DNA from: Alphaproteobacteria bacterium
GTDB lineage: Bacteria > Pseudomonadota > Alphaproteobacteria > UBA2966
Direction of reading: 5' to 3'
Length of the DNA: 64,000 nt
NCBI GenBank assembly: GCA_018654745.1
Contig: JABILA010000155.1
Coordinates: forward strand, 17,453 to 81,452
Positions 36,308 through 45,287 of this stretch are shown here, piece after piece (positions within the stretch are counted from its first letter, which is position 1; each line of letters opens with the position of its first letter). A model generated the notes under the pieces. That model was not told the DNA's origin and did no database searches. It saw only the letters and a list, made by a program, of their open reading frames with translations. Made by a program: the position numbers and the translations under genes.

Positions 36308-37990
36308 CTAAATACCCCGGACTTTGATACTGCGATTTTGCTCAAGTCGGATCACTTTCCTGTCAGTAATATATTTTGCGACTAATTCATAGACCGGTGG
36401 ACCCTCTGTGCCTTCGTTTACCGAGGCCCACCCTGCAACCGTGTAGGTTTTGGCAGGTTCTATTTTTTCGCCGCTGGCCAGCAGTGTCATTTCACTGATG
36501 CGTTTGCCAATGGGCTGACCGATATCAATGGCGTATCCCATGCCACCCACCCGAACCATGTCACCGCCTTGTTGCAAATAGGGGTCAGGGTTGAAAAGAT
36601 TGTCGGCCACGTCCTCAAGGATTTCCTTGATAAAGGCGCCTGTCATTTCGCTGCGATAGACATTGGGATAGGTAATCGCCGTCTGGGTATAAAGGGTGTC
36701 GGCGGTTATCTGATCACCTGGCAACAACGTTGCACCCCAGCGGAAACCGGGAGACAAGGCAATCTGGGCATCGCGTTCTTTCAAAAGGGCGTCACATATC
36801 AGGTCGTCGAAGGTGCCGTTCAGGTTACCCCGGCGATACAACAAGCTGTCGGTGCGTCCAAGAACCCGGTCTATTTCAGCGGCGTGAGGTGCCCGGATTT
36901 CCTTGATCAATGCTGCCATATCGGGATCAGGTGTTATGACGTCGGAAAATACCGGGATTAATTTGAAGCGGTAATCAACGACCTTTTTATTTTCAACTTT
37001 CAAATCCAGTCTGGCAAGGAACTTGCCGTGTGAACCGGAAGCAATCAACAAGGTATCTTCGACCCGGATCGCTTTCGGGATGGCGTCGTGGGTGTGGCCG
37101 GTCAAAATAACATCAATGCCGCTTACCCGGCTGGCCATCTTGCGGTCTACATCAAAGCCATTGTGGCTGTTCAGCACGATCAGCTCGGCACCTGCTTCCC
37201 GGGCCGCGTCGACACGCTCCTGGACCTTGTCTTCCTGAATACCAAAAGACCAGTCAGGCATCATGTAGCGGGGATTGGCGATCGGGGTATAGGGAAAAGC
37301 CTGACCGATCACGGCGATTTTGACGCCACCGCGTTCAAACATCTTTGTGTGTTCGAAAATATCTTCGTCCCAGGTTTTATCCTTGACGTTGCCAGCCAGG
37401 AAGGGAAAGTCCAGGGTCCCGATAAGCTCTTCTACGCGTTCCGCACCATAAGTGAATTCCCAATGGCCGGTCATGGCATCCACACCCATGGCATTCATGA
37501 CGCGCACCATGTCGGCCCCCCTGGTTTTCAGGGAGGTGTAGGATCCTTGCCAGGTGTCGCCGCCATCCAGCAACAAAGTATTGGTGGGGCGTTCAGCCCG
37601 GATCGCCTTGACCAGGGTTGCCATGCGGTCCATGCCGCCAATGCGCCCCCATTGTTGCGCCAGGGTTCCGAAGTCCTCAGAAGTCAGGGCATAGGCGGCA
37701 CTGCTGCCACCTTTCAATTCGAAGTGCCTGAGAAAATCCTTGCCTGTCAGATGTGGCGGCAGGCCGTTCACGGCGCCAACGCCCATATTTACTGAGGGCT
37801 CCCTGAAATACAACGGCACCAGCTGGGCGTGGCAATCGGTGAAGTTCAGCAACGTAACCTGTCCGGTGCTGTCGAACTCAAGCAGATTTTCCTGGGTCAG
37901 TTTTGCTGTGGCAGCGCCCAGACTTCCTGGTCTGGCTGTCATAACAGCGGTTGCAGCAGCAACTTGCATAAAATCTCGACGGGTCAGCAT
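36308..37990 (-). CDS. soxB: Thiosulfohydrolase SoxB (5'-nucleotidase/metallophosphatase family, Tat-exported)
   Basis: Tat motif 'TRRDFMQVAAATAV'; 560 aa; metallophosphatase 'GDTWQG' and 'GHWEF'-type motifs. It is located after soxA. Confidence 0.85.
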   Translation of the reverse strand: MLTRRDFMQVAAATAVMTARPGSLGAATAKLTQENLLEFDSTGQVTLLNFTDCHAQLVPLYFREPSVNMGVGAVNGLPPHLTGKDFLRHFELKGGSSAAYALTSEDFGTLAQQWGRIGGMDRMATLVKAIRAERPTNTLLLDGGDTWQGSYTSLKTRGADMVRVMNAMGVDAMTGHWEFTYGAERVEELIGTLDFPFLAGNVKDKTWDEDIFEHTKMFERGGVKIAVIGQAFPYTPIANPRYMMPDWSFGIQEDKVQERVDAAREAGAELIVLNSHNGFDVDRKMASRVSGIDVILTGHTHDAIPKAIRVEDTLLIASGSHGKFLARLDLKVENKKVVDYRFKLIPVFSDVITPDPDMAALIKEIRAPHAAEIDRVLGRTDSLLYRRGNLNGTFDDLICDALLKERDAQIALSPGFRWGATLLPGDQITADTLYTQTAITYPNVYRSEMTGAFIKEILEDVADNLFNPDPYLQQGGDMVRVGGMGYAIDIGQPIGKRISEMTLLASGEKIEPAKTYTVAGWASVNEGTEGPPVYELVAKYITDRKVIRLEQNRSIKVRGI

Positions 37991-38109
37991 GATCCTGGTT
38001 CCGGTGTTTGGTCTATGTTTGGGTTATTCCGACTTATAGGGCATAGGCATTTGTGGGCAAAAAAAGGGGGTGCGCCACCAGCACACCCCCTTGATTTTCA
38101 CTTACCCGT

Positions 38110-38910
38110 CTAGTTGCGAACTGCAGGTGTCTCGACCGGCAAGCCGCGACCCCTCCAGGCAACATAAAGCTCAAGGTTCACATATTCGTCTGAGCCATTT
38201 TTGAAAGGCTTCGCCCGAACCTGTTTGTTACAGCCTCGGAAACGACGGTGTGATGATCCCACCTTGCCCCACTTCAAACGATAGACCGGAAAACCATTGA
38301 TCTGGCCCTGGGACAACACATTGGCCCGGATCAGGTTGCCAGCATTGTCTTCGTGACAATGTTTGCAAGCCATATCCAGGAGGCCACGACGTTGGTTGAA
38401 AAAGGCTTTGCCCTTTTCGAAGAACGGCTTGGCCGGCCCGTCAACAGCGACAGAAACCGGCATGCCGGTGGACTGGTTGCGAACGTATGTGGTCATCGAC
38501 AGCAGCTGGTTCGACTCCCATTTCCATGCCTTGGCTTTCATGTTGTCGGTACGGCACTGATTGATACGTTGCTCGATATTCTGCATCTTGCCAATGTCAT
38601 CCTTGTATTTTGGATAGCTGACACCGGCCTTTTTCATCGAATCAGCAGCATCACCGTGGCAATCGTTGCAGGATTTGCCTGCATCACCTTCGGCTTTGCT
38701 CCACAGATCTTCACCTGTATCAACCCAAAGATAGCCAGGGTTGGACATCTCGTCGTCCTGCAGGCCCTGTGTTTCCTTGGTTGCGTATGTATAACCGGAG
38801 CGTATCCCTTCGGCTTTTGCACTTGTGGTCTGGCTCACAACGAAGCCCAGACCAAGGCCCGCGACAGCAATCGTACCTGTCAGGGCCAGGAGTAGTTGCC
38901 TTATCTTCAT
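38110..38910 (-). CDS. soxA: Diheme cytochrome c SoxA
   Basis: Two CxxCH motifs (CNDCHGD, CKHCHED) and a signal peptide. ATG at 38910 preceded by AAGGGGGA. Confidence 0.8.
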   Translation of the reverse strand: MKIRQLLLALTGTIAVAGLGLGFVVSQTTSAKAEGIRSGYTYATKETQGLQDDEMSNPGYLWVDTGEDLWSKAEGDAGKSCNDCHGDAADSMKKAGVSYPKYKDDIGKMQNIEQRINQCRTDNMKAKAWKWESNQLLSMTTYVRNQSTGMPVSVAVDGPAKPFFEKGKAFFNQRRGLLDMACKHCHEDNAGNLIRANVLSQGQINGFPVYRLKWGKVGSSHRRFRGCNKQVRAKPFKNGSDEYVNLELYVAWRGRGLPVETPAVRN

Positions 38911-38933
38911 GGCGTAGTCCCCCTTATACTCAA

Positions 38934-39254
38934 TTATTGAACCGTGATTTTGGCAGACTGAGAAACGACTTTGCCGTTGTCGTCGGTCCACTTGAGTTCG
39001 ATTGTGCCGGATTCTGTTGCCCGGACCTTGAAAGAAAGAAACGGGTTTGCAGAAACAGCCGGAGCCCAGTCAGCTGAAAAAACTTCAGCACCGTTATAGG
39101 TCGCGGTTACGTTTTTGATGATCATGCGCGGGATCGGTTTACCGTCCTTGCCCTTGCGTTGACCCGTTTCCATTTTGTGTTTGATCAGGCTCTTGACCGT
39201 GATGATGTCCCCTTTTTTTGCTTTTTTGGGAACCTTCAAGCGTGCGGATGCCAT
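38934..39254 (-). CDS. soxZ: Thiosulfate oxidation carrier complex protein SoxZ
   Basis: 106 aa; 'IPRMIIKNVTATYNGAEVFSADW' has an Ig-like SoxZ pattern. It lies immediately downstream of soxY. Confidence 0.8.
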   Translation of the reverse strand: MASARLKVPKKAKKGDIITVKSLIKHKMETGQRKGKDGKPIPRMIIKNVTATYNGAEVFSADWAPAVSANPFLSFKVRATESGTIELKWTDDNGKVVSQSAKITVQ

Positions 39255-39278
39255 TTATTTATTCTCCCTTTAACTCGA

Positions 39279-39755
39279 TCAGCCGCCACAGCCGCCGATG
39301 GTTACTTTCACGGTTTTCTCAGCCTTGTAGACAGAACCGTCGCTCATCATGGCAACGGCTACGATTGCCGATGTTTTTGCCATGCGGCAGTTCACTTTGA
39401 CTTCAGCAGCGCCACAGGCGGGTGTGAAGTTAAAAGTTGCCACTTCCGGGCTGGGATTATTCTGAACAAAAACGCTCAGTGATTTGACGTGGTCACTGTC
39501 AGTCATCGGGCTGTCAACGCTGATGATAATTGGCACAACCGCACCGTTTTCAGCGATGATAGGCGTTTTCATATTAATTCGACCTGACATGGTCGCGGCA
39601 CCACCGGTAAGTTTATCGATGGCGGCCATGGTTTTGGCGGCGTCTGCAGACGCTGTCACCGGAACCAGGCTAACGCCCGCTGCGGCAACGGCACCGGCTC
39701 CGGCTGCACGGAAAAATCCGCGGCGGCTGAGGCCTGTGGTACTTTCTTCCTTCAT
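39279..39755 (-). CDS. soxY: Thiosulfate oxidation carrier protein SoxY
   Basis: Tat signal 'SRRGFFRAAGAGAVAAA' and the diagnostic C-terminal 'VTIGGCGG' (GGCGG substrate-carrying Cys). ATG at 39755. Confidence 0.85.
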   Translation of the reverse strand: MKEESTTGLSRRGFFRAAGAGAVAAAGVSLVPVTASADAAKTMAAIDKLTGGAATMSGRINMKTPIIAENGAVVPIIISVDSPMTDSDHVKSLSVFVQNNPSPEVATFNFTPACGAAEVKVNCRMAKTSAIVAVAMMSDGSVYKAEKTVKVTIGGCGG

Positions 39756-39809
39756 TTTGATTTCTCCCTTGCTGCAGGTAACATCCCGCAGATTACTGTT
39801 AGGCATTTA

Positions 39810-40262
39810 TTATTTGAGCGTCATCAGATAGGCCACCAGGTCTTCAACTTCCTGGGCTTTCAGAATGGACTTGCCGACCCACTTCTTTTGCAAACGGGTG
39901 AAACCACTGTCGCGATAAAACGCCGGCATGATGGTGTCACTATTCATTTTCTTGGAATCAACAACCCGCAAACGTATTTCAGCTTCGCTATAGCGACTGG
40001 CGACACCTTTAAGATCGGGTCCGACCTCACCGTGGAACTGCTGCTCCGGGATGGGCAGTTTGTGGCAGGCCAGGCAATTGCCTGTCTTGCGATTGTAGGC
40101 AACCTTGCGGCCTGCCTTTGCGTCACCGGACTTGCCGGTAAGTGATTTTGGAATACCGTCGTCTACAATTTTATAGGCAACGGTTTCCGCCGATGCAGCG
40201 AAAGTCATTCCGACACTGGCTGCAATAATTACGGTCGCCCCGAGTAAACGGTGCATTTTCAT
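39810..40262 (-). CDS. soxX: Monoheme cytochrome c SoxX
   Basis: Signal peptide, single 'CLACH' heme motif, 150 aa. First gene of the soxXYZAB order. Confidence 0.75.
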   Translation of the reverse strand: MKMHRLLGATVIIAASVGMTFAASAETVAYKIVDDGIPKSLTGKSGDAKAGRKVAYNRKTGNCLACHKLPIPEQQFHGEVGPDLKGVASRYSEAEIRLRVVDSKKMNSDTIMPAFYRDSGFTRLQKKWVGKSILKAQEVEDLVAYLMTLK

Positions 40263-40662
40263 AAAATTTTCCTCCCTGGCTCACAGGACGTCAGTTGATC
40301 CTGAATTCCCCCGATACATAATCGACCACCCCTGATCGGGAATTTTATTGTCTTGCGCGTCGGTAGAATATGCTTGCGCAAACCGGGCATTCACAGGATG
40401 CACAGAATCGTGATGGCTCGCAAGATAAATTCATAAGAAAGTGCTAATATGAAAGATTATGTCGCAATGCAGCAAAAAATATGCCGCAATGCACAATTTT
40501 GAGAATCAATCTCAAGTAACTTTAATTAAAGGAAAAACCAGGTTTTCTAATGTTCAGACTGATGCATTATTCAAAACGATGGCAGAAAAACAAAGCTGTT
40601 AATGATAAGCATTTTTACCTATCTGCTTGTCTTTTTAAGCGTGACCATCATACTTCCGCGCC

Positions 40663-41376
40663 ATGAAAAGCTTGCATGTTGTCCAACATACTGTCAGTGA
40701 AAATCTCGGTGCGATGGAGGATCAGTTTCGCCGTCGCGGCGTCGGGTTTCAGTATCAAAAACCACTGACCGCGGGAAAAGTGCCGACCAGCGCTGTTAAT
40801 TCGGATGGCCTGATTTTGTTGGGTGGCGGGGCGTGGGGCACCCACGGTGAGCGTACGACTTTACCGTCGCTGGATCAGGAACTGCGGTTTGCCTATGACC
40901 ATCTCAAGCGGAACCGCCCGGTCGTCGGGCTGGGGCTTGGTGCGCAAATTGTATGTATCGCAGCCGGTGGTCGAACAGCTCAAACCGGGACCCGGGTTCA
41001 CACCGGTATCGCCCGTCGCGTGCGGGACGATGCCCTTGGTGGCCATATGCCCGAAAGTTTCCCCTTTGTCTCTTTCATGCGGGATGATGCCGTCCTGCCA
41101 ACAGACAGCGAAATCCTTGCCGTTGATGACGACGGTGCACCGGTTGTTTTCACCGTTGGTCCCGATGTGATTTGCATGACCTGTCATCCCGGCACCGGAC
41201 CCTTGATGCTGCGATCCCTGGCGGCGGAAGTCAAAGCGTCAGAAGATGAGCTGGCAACAGAGCTTGCTTTTGTGGATCAGTATTTTCCTGAAATGACCAC
41301 TGCGCTCGATTCCATGATGCATGGTATTGCAGAAGCTACGGGCTGGATTGTTGAGGACCAGGGCGATACCGGTTAA
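40663..41376 (+). CDS. Class-I glutamine amidotransferase-like (GATase1/DJ-1-fold) protein
   Basis: 'GLILLGGGAWGTHGE...VVGLGLGAQIVCIAAGGR' pattern with a nucleophile Cys in 'VCIAAGG'; 237 aa. Confidence 0.6.
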   Translation: MKSLHVVQHTVSENLGAMEDQFRRRGVGFQYQKPLTAGKVPTSAVNSDGLILLGGGAWGTHGERTTLPSLDQELRFAYDHLKRNRPVVGLGLGAQIVCIAAGGRTAQTGTRVHTGIARRVRDDALGGHMPESFPFVSFMRDDAVLPTDSEILAVDDDGAPVVFTVGPDVICMTCHPGTGPLMLRSLAAEVKASEDELATELAFVDQYFPEMTTALDSMMHGIAEATGWIVEDQGDTG

Positions 41377-42005
41377 CGGGTAACGCCCTGGTTTTCACTT
41401 TGAATATTCGGGGTCGATGGCCCTTGTGAATCTGGCATATTGAACCAGAACCATCCGGCGACAATCAGGATCAACATGCTGAACACGGGGAGGGGGATTT
41501 TCCAGTTCCAGTCCGGCGCAACCGGGTTTTCGTGTCGAATGGCTGAAAGCACTTCATTGTCATCAACAACAAGCCGGAAACCGGCGGAGGCTTTTTCGCG
41601 TAACTGTTCATAGTCGACCGGCAAATTGTCTGCGAGAGCGTTTCGACAGCTACCTGATACAAAAATATCACCGGGTTCGAGGATGGTCGCCAGGTTCTCC
41701 GCAATTTCAATCGCGTCACCATCTACGGTGGCTTCGCCGATCAGGACGGGCCCAAGGCTGATTGCACTGCGTAAAACGGAGGTTCTGTCCGGGCCCGACA
41801 AAGAGGTCTTGTCCTGACGCCGTAATTCGACCGCACAGACTGCAGCTGACTTTGCCCGCATGAACAAGATGGTCCGAACCGTGTCCGTTTCACCCACAAC
41901 CAGGCCGGCATTGCGGTGCACAGTTTCATCGAACTCAAGCCGGGCTATTGTCGGGTCGTCGAAAGACGGACATTCAAGACGCAGGATGGCAGCAATTTTT
42001 TGCAT
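41373..42005 (-). CDS. Membrane-anchored protein with degenerate class-III nucleotidyl-cyclase-like (CHD) domain
   Basis: 'LRSAISLGPVLIGEATVDGDAIEIAENLATILEPGDIFVSGSCRNAL' resembles the CHD core (RIGIHxGPVVxG...GDxVNxAARLEslAepGxIxVS). A C-terminal TM 'PVFSMLILIVAGWFWF' is present, but the N-terminal metal-binding Asp region is not evident. Confidence 0.45.
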   Translation of the reverse strand: MQKIAAILRLECPSFDDPTIARLEFDETVHRNAGLVVGETDTVRTILFMRAKSAAVCAVELRRQDKTSLSGPDRTSVLRSAISLGPVLIGEATVDGDAIEIAENLATILEPGDIFVSGSCRNALADNLPVDYEQLREKASAGFRLVVDDNEVLSAIRHENPVAPDWNWKIPLPVFSMLILIVAGWFWFNMPDSQGPSTPNIQSENQGVTR

Positions 42006-42096
42006 GATTCCGATCAGCTGGCTATTCGCGAACAGTTATCAGAATATGATGCCAGCCACGCCTTGCCAATGGCAATAATCTGCCTTCGGAATATCC

Positions 42097-43200
42097 CTAA
42101 TTGCGGCTGAAGACAGTTTTCAGGGCGCCGCCCAAACTACCTTCTTCAAGGTATTTCATGCCCAGATAACCGCCTGCCATCAAAGACAGCCAGGCGATCA
42201 ACGACCCCAGAGCAAGGGTCGACATGCCGGTGACGGCCTGACCGATCGTGCAGCCCAGGGCAATGATGCCGCCTATCCCCATCATGAAGGCACCCAGCAA
42301 ATGACGTTTCAGGTCAGCAGCATCGGCAAAGGATTCAATCTGGAATTCACCTGATAATTTTGCCGCAACAAAGGATCCGACGATGACGCCGCCGACAGTG
42401 GCGATGCCGAAATTAATTGTCGCCCCGGTAAAGGTCATCAAATATTGCACGCTGTCTGCAGTGGGCGAGACAAAGGTGAATGAAAAAAGCGGTACCGGAT
42501 CAAAATCATCGTTACCTATATGGCCCGTAATGTACCAACCCAATGGGATCATCAGACCAATGATCAACCCGGCTGCCATATCCCGGCCAGAGCTTCTGAA
42601 TTCGGCACTTTTGAAGCACCAGGCCAGCAGGGCAAGAACGACAATCGCAACCATCACCGGGCGTAAGGCTTCCGTCTCCATGCCGAAAAGGGCCGCGACC
42701 ATTTCCACCATGCTTTGACTTTCCAGTCCGCGATCACTCAGGTTGACCATGGTTGCGGCTTCGAATTCAACTCGCAAAAGTCCGATAATGCCGCGCAAGG
42801 TGGCATAGCCTGTTATGCCAATGACAATGGCAACGATCAGGGATTTAAGATTGCCGGCACCAAGCCGGACCAGGGTTTTGTTGCCACACCCACCTGCCAT
42901 GGTCATGCCGAAACCGAACAAGAGGCCGCCAACAATCGCACCGACCCAGCCAAGATTTGAGGTCAAATAGATCGCGCCGCCAAGATCAACGGCGCCGGTC
43001 ATGTGCAGGATCTGACTTCCTGCAATGGCGACGGCGATAGCCATTACCCATGCGCGCATGCGGGAAAAACTACCCATGAACACGGCATCTGAAATGGCGC
43101 CCATAGTGCAGAAATTTGTCCTTTGCGCTGTCACACCAAAGACAATACCAGCTGCAAAACCCCACATGGCAACGATTGTGGTAACGGGTGTTTCTTCCAT
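42097..43200 (-). CDS. YeeE/YedE family sulfur-compound (thiosulfate) transporter
   Basis: 'AQRTNFCTMGAISD' and a repeated Cys-containing YeeE/YedE half. The ATG at 43200 is preceded by AGGGGGGAT. Confidence 0.8.
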   Translation of the reverse strand: MEETPVTTIVAMWGFAAGIVFGVTAQRTNFCTMGAISDAVFMGSFSRMRAWVMAIAVAIAGSQILHMTGAVDLGGAIYLTSNLGWVGAIVGGLLFGFGMTMAGGCGNKTLVRLGAGNLKSLIVAIVIGITGYATLRGIIGLLRVEFEAATMVNLSDRGLESQSMVEMVAALFGMETEALRPVMVAIVVLALLAWCFKSAEFRSSGRDMAAGLIIGLMIPLGWYITGHIGNDDFDPVPLFSFTFVSPTADSVQYLMTFTGATINFGIATVGGVIVGSFVAAKLSGEFQIESFADAADLKRHLLGAFMMGIGGIIALGCTIGQAVTGMSTLALGSLIAWLSLMAGGYLGMKYLEEGSLGGALKTVFSRN

Positions 43201-43426
43201 CTTGATCCCCCCTGGATCGTGTCTTTTCAAGTCCAGTCAGACCGAACCGAATTACACGCTTGAAGTAATGTCTTATTTGAACATAATGATATCCTAATAT
43301 AAAAACACTCTGGTGAGAACAGATAAATAAGTCCACAATTCGCGCTATGGTTATTCAACCAGAATGACAAATCCGCAAACATGGCGAAAATCCCGGAAGT
43401 CGAGATGAAGCTGAGATGAGGTAGGG

Positions 43427-43975
43427 ATGAAGGTATTCAGTATTAACCTGTTGTCTGGAATAAAAGGCTCTTGTCGTGCTGTTCTGTTCGTTGCAGGGCT
43501 GGTTCTTGCTTTGACTTTTGCCGGCGCTGATCCAGTGCATGCCGAATTCCAGACTATCAGCATGGACAATGATCTGGCGACGGAAATTGAAGATGCAGCT
43601 GCAGACGGCAAGCGTCTTATCGTCATGTTTCACGAGGAAGGTTGTCCCTGGTGCAACAAGATGCGTGATCGAATTTTTCCCCATCCAAAGATTGTCAAAT
43701 ATTTCAGCGACAAATTTATTATGATCGAACAGGACATCAAAGGTGACCTGGAACTGACAACACCCGAAGGCGAAGCCATTACCCAGAAAATCTTTGCCCG
43801 AAAGATGCGCGTGCGCGGCACACCGACATTTGTGTTCTTTGATACCGATGGCAAGGTTGCTGCCCGAATTGCCGGTTATCAGGACGTGGCGACGTTTATT
43901 GCCAGTGGACGCTATGTGCACGAAAAAATCTTCAAGACCGGGAAGTCTCTGGCCCGCTGGCAAATGGAGCAATAA
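43427..43975 (+). CDS. Periplasmic thioredoxin-fold protein, SoxW-like paralog (CPWC)
   Basis: Signal peptide plus 'MFHEEGCPWCNKMRD'. Collinear similarity to 34327..34947 (e.g. 'ARKMRVRGTPTFVFFDTDGK' vs 'ARKYRVMFTPTILFIDEKGE'). Confidence 0.7.
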   Translation: MKVFSINLLSGIKGSCRAVLFVAGLVLALTFAGADPVHAEFQTISMDNDLATEIEDAAADGKRLIVMFHEEGCPWCNKMRDRIFPHPKIVKYFSDKFIMIEQDIKGDLELTTPEGEAITQKIFARKMRVRGTPTFVFFDTDGKVAARIAGYQDVATFIASGRYVHEKIFKTGKSLARWQMEQ

Positions 43976-43988
43976 ATTGCGATCCCAA

Positions 43989-45287
43989 TTGCCGCGTCAT
44001 TTTGTATTTGCCGGGATGTGCTTGTTGCCATTTGTTTTTGGCTCAGCACCCGCATCGGCGTCTTCGGTTCCAACTCCCGAAGCCTTTATCGAACTGGTGT
44101 CCAAAAGTCCTTTATTGGCGACGGATGCTGCCTCCGCTGATATTGCGCGGGCGCGTCTGGACGAAGCCTTGTCCGCCTTGCGGCCCCGGTTAACCGGAAG
44201 GCTGGATGGCAAACGCTTTTCTTCCATGCGGGCGGCTGAATCACGTGACAGCGATGTGCTGGGATCACTGGAGATTATTCAACCCGTTTATGACTTTGGC
44301 AAAAGCAGTAACAGCATTGATGCAGCACGTGCTGATGTCAGGGTGCAGGATCGGGATCGGAAAATCCGCGCGGGGACGCTGATCCTGGAAGGGGTAGCGC
44401 TTTATTACGAATTGCATGCGTCTGATCTTGAGGTTCAGGCACTTGAAGAAGAAAACACAATTGCTTTTTTTGTCGCTGCGCGCCTCGAGGAGAAAGATGC
44501 GCTGGGTGATGCCAATCCCATCGACTTGTTGGAAGCCCGGGCGAACAGGGACCTGGCGCGCTACAATTATTTCAAGGCAAAAGGCAATAATCTGGGCATC
44601 AGATTGAGGCTTGAGGAACTTAGCGGCCTGGCATTCAAAGAGACGACGCTGACGCCTGATGTGCCGGACGTCCAGGCGATCAATATTGATTCCGAAAAGG
44701 TGATCGCCCTGACCAGGGATGCGTACCCGTTGCTTCTGTCTTTGAAGGAAAAGCGTGAGGCCTTGCTCGCGAGGTCCCGGTCGGCTGGATTTTCACCCCA
44801 GATCGAAGCCTATGGCCGGGTGAGCGAAAGTACGCGGAATTTACGCGGGCGCGATGACTGGTCCGTTGGTGCCCGTATGATTGTACCTTTATATGATGGC
44901 GGCAAAGGGGCGTCAGAAAAGGCCCAATGGATGGCCCGACTTCGCCATCTGGATGCCCGGATCGCTGAAATGGAACGCGGCCTGGTACGCAACACCCATC
45001 TGGCACTTCTGGCACGAAGCAACGCCCGGTTACGTCTGACGGCGGCGAGAACTGCCTACAAGGCCGGGCGGCAGAGATTATTGCTGGAGCAATTGCAGCG
45101 AAGCCAGGATCGGGAAGCATCGGTTGGTGGTGCCTCCGCCCGTATTGGCCATATCGAAACCGAACTGGTCCGCGCCATTGGTGCCTGGCGCATCGCCGGT
45201 TTGCGGCTTGCATCCATGCTGGGACGTCCCCTGGGTGAAAGTTTTGCCTCAAATTTTCTGGAGGATTTGAAAATTGTGGATCAATAA
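43989..45287 (+). CDS. TolC-like outer-membrane efflux protein (OEP family)
   Basis: Signal peptide 'PRHFVFAGMCLLPFVFGSAPASA' from the TTG at 43989. Two OEP-type coiled-coil/beta repeats follow (e.g. 'LEARANRDLARYNYFKAKGNNLGIRL'). The track ORF start at 43794 overlaps the upstream thioredoxin gene and is rejected. Confidence 0.65.
   Translation: MPRHFVFAGMCLLPFVFGSAPASASSVPTPEAFIELVSKSPLLATDAASADIARARLDEALSALRPRLTGRLDGKRFSSMRAAESRDSDVLGSLEIIQPVYDFGKSSNSIDAARADVRVQDRDRKIRAGTLILEGVALYYELHASDLEVQALEEENTIAFFVAARLEEKDALGDANPIDLLEARANRDLARYNYFKAKGNNLGIRLRLEELSGLAFKETTLTPDVPDVQAINIDSEKVIALTRDAYPLLLSLKEKREALLARSRSAGFSPQIEAYGRVSESTRNLRGRDDWSVGARMIVPLYDGGKGASEKAQWMARLRHLDARIAEMERGLVRNTHLALLARSNARLRLTAARTAYKAGRQRLLLEQLQRSQDREASVGGASARIGHIETELVRAIGAWRIAGLRLASMLGRPLGESFASNFLEDLKIVDQ

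Noticed and set aside
43794-43988. Upstream extension of the TolC-like ORF (track start 43794)
   Set aside because: It overlaps the preceding thioredoxin gene in another frame for ~180 nt. The signal peptide begins at the TTG at 43989, immediately after that gene's stop.
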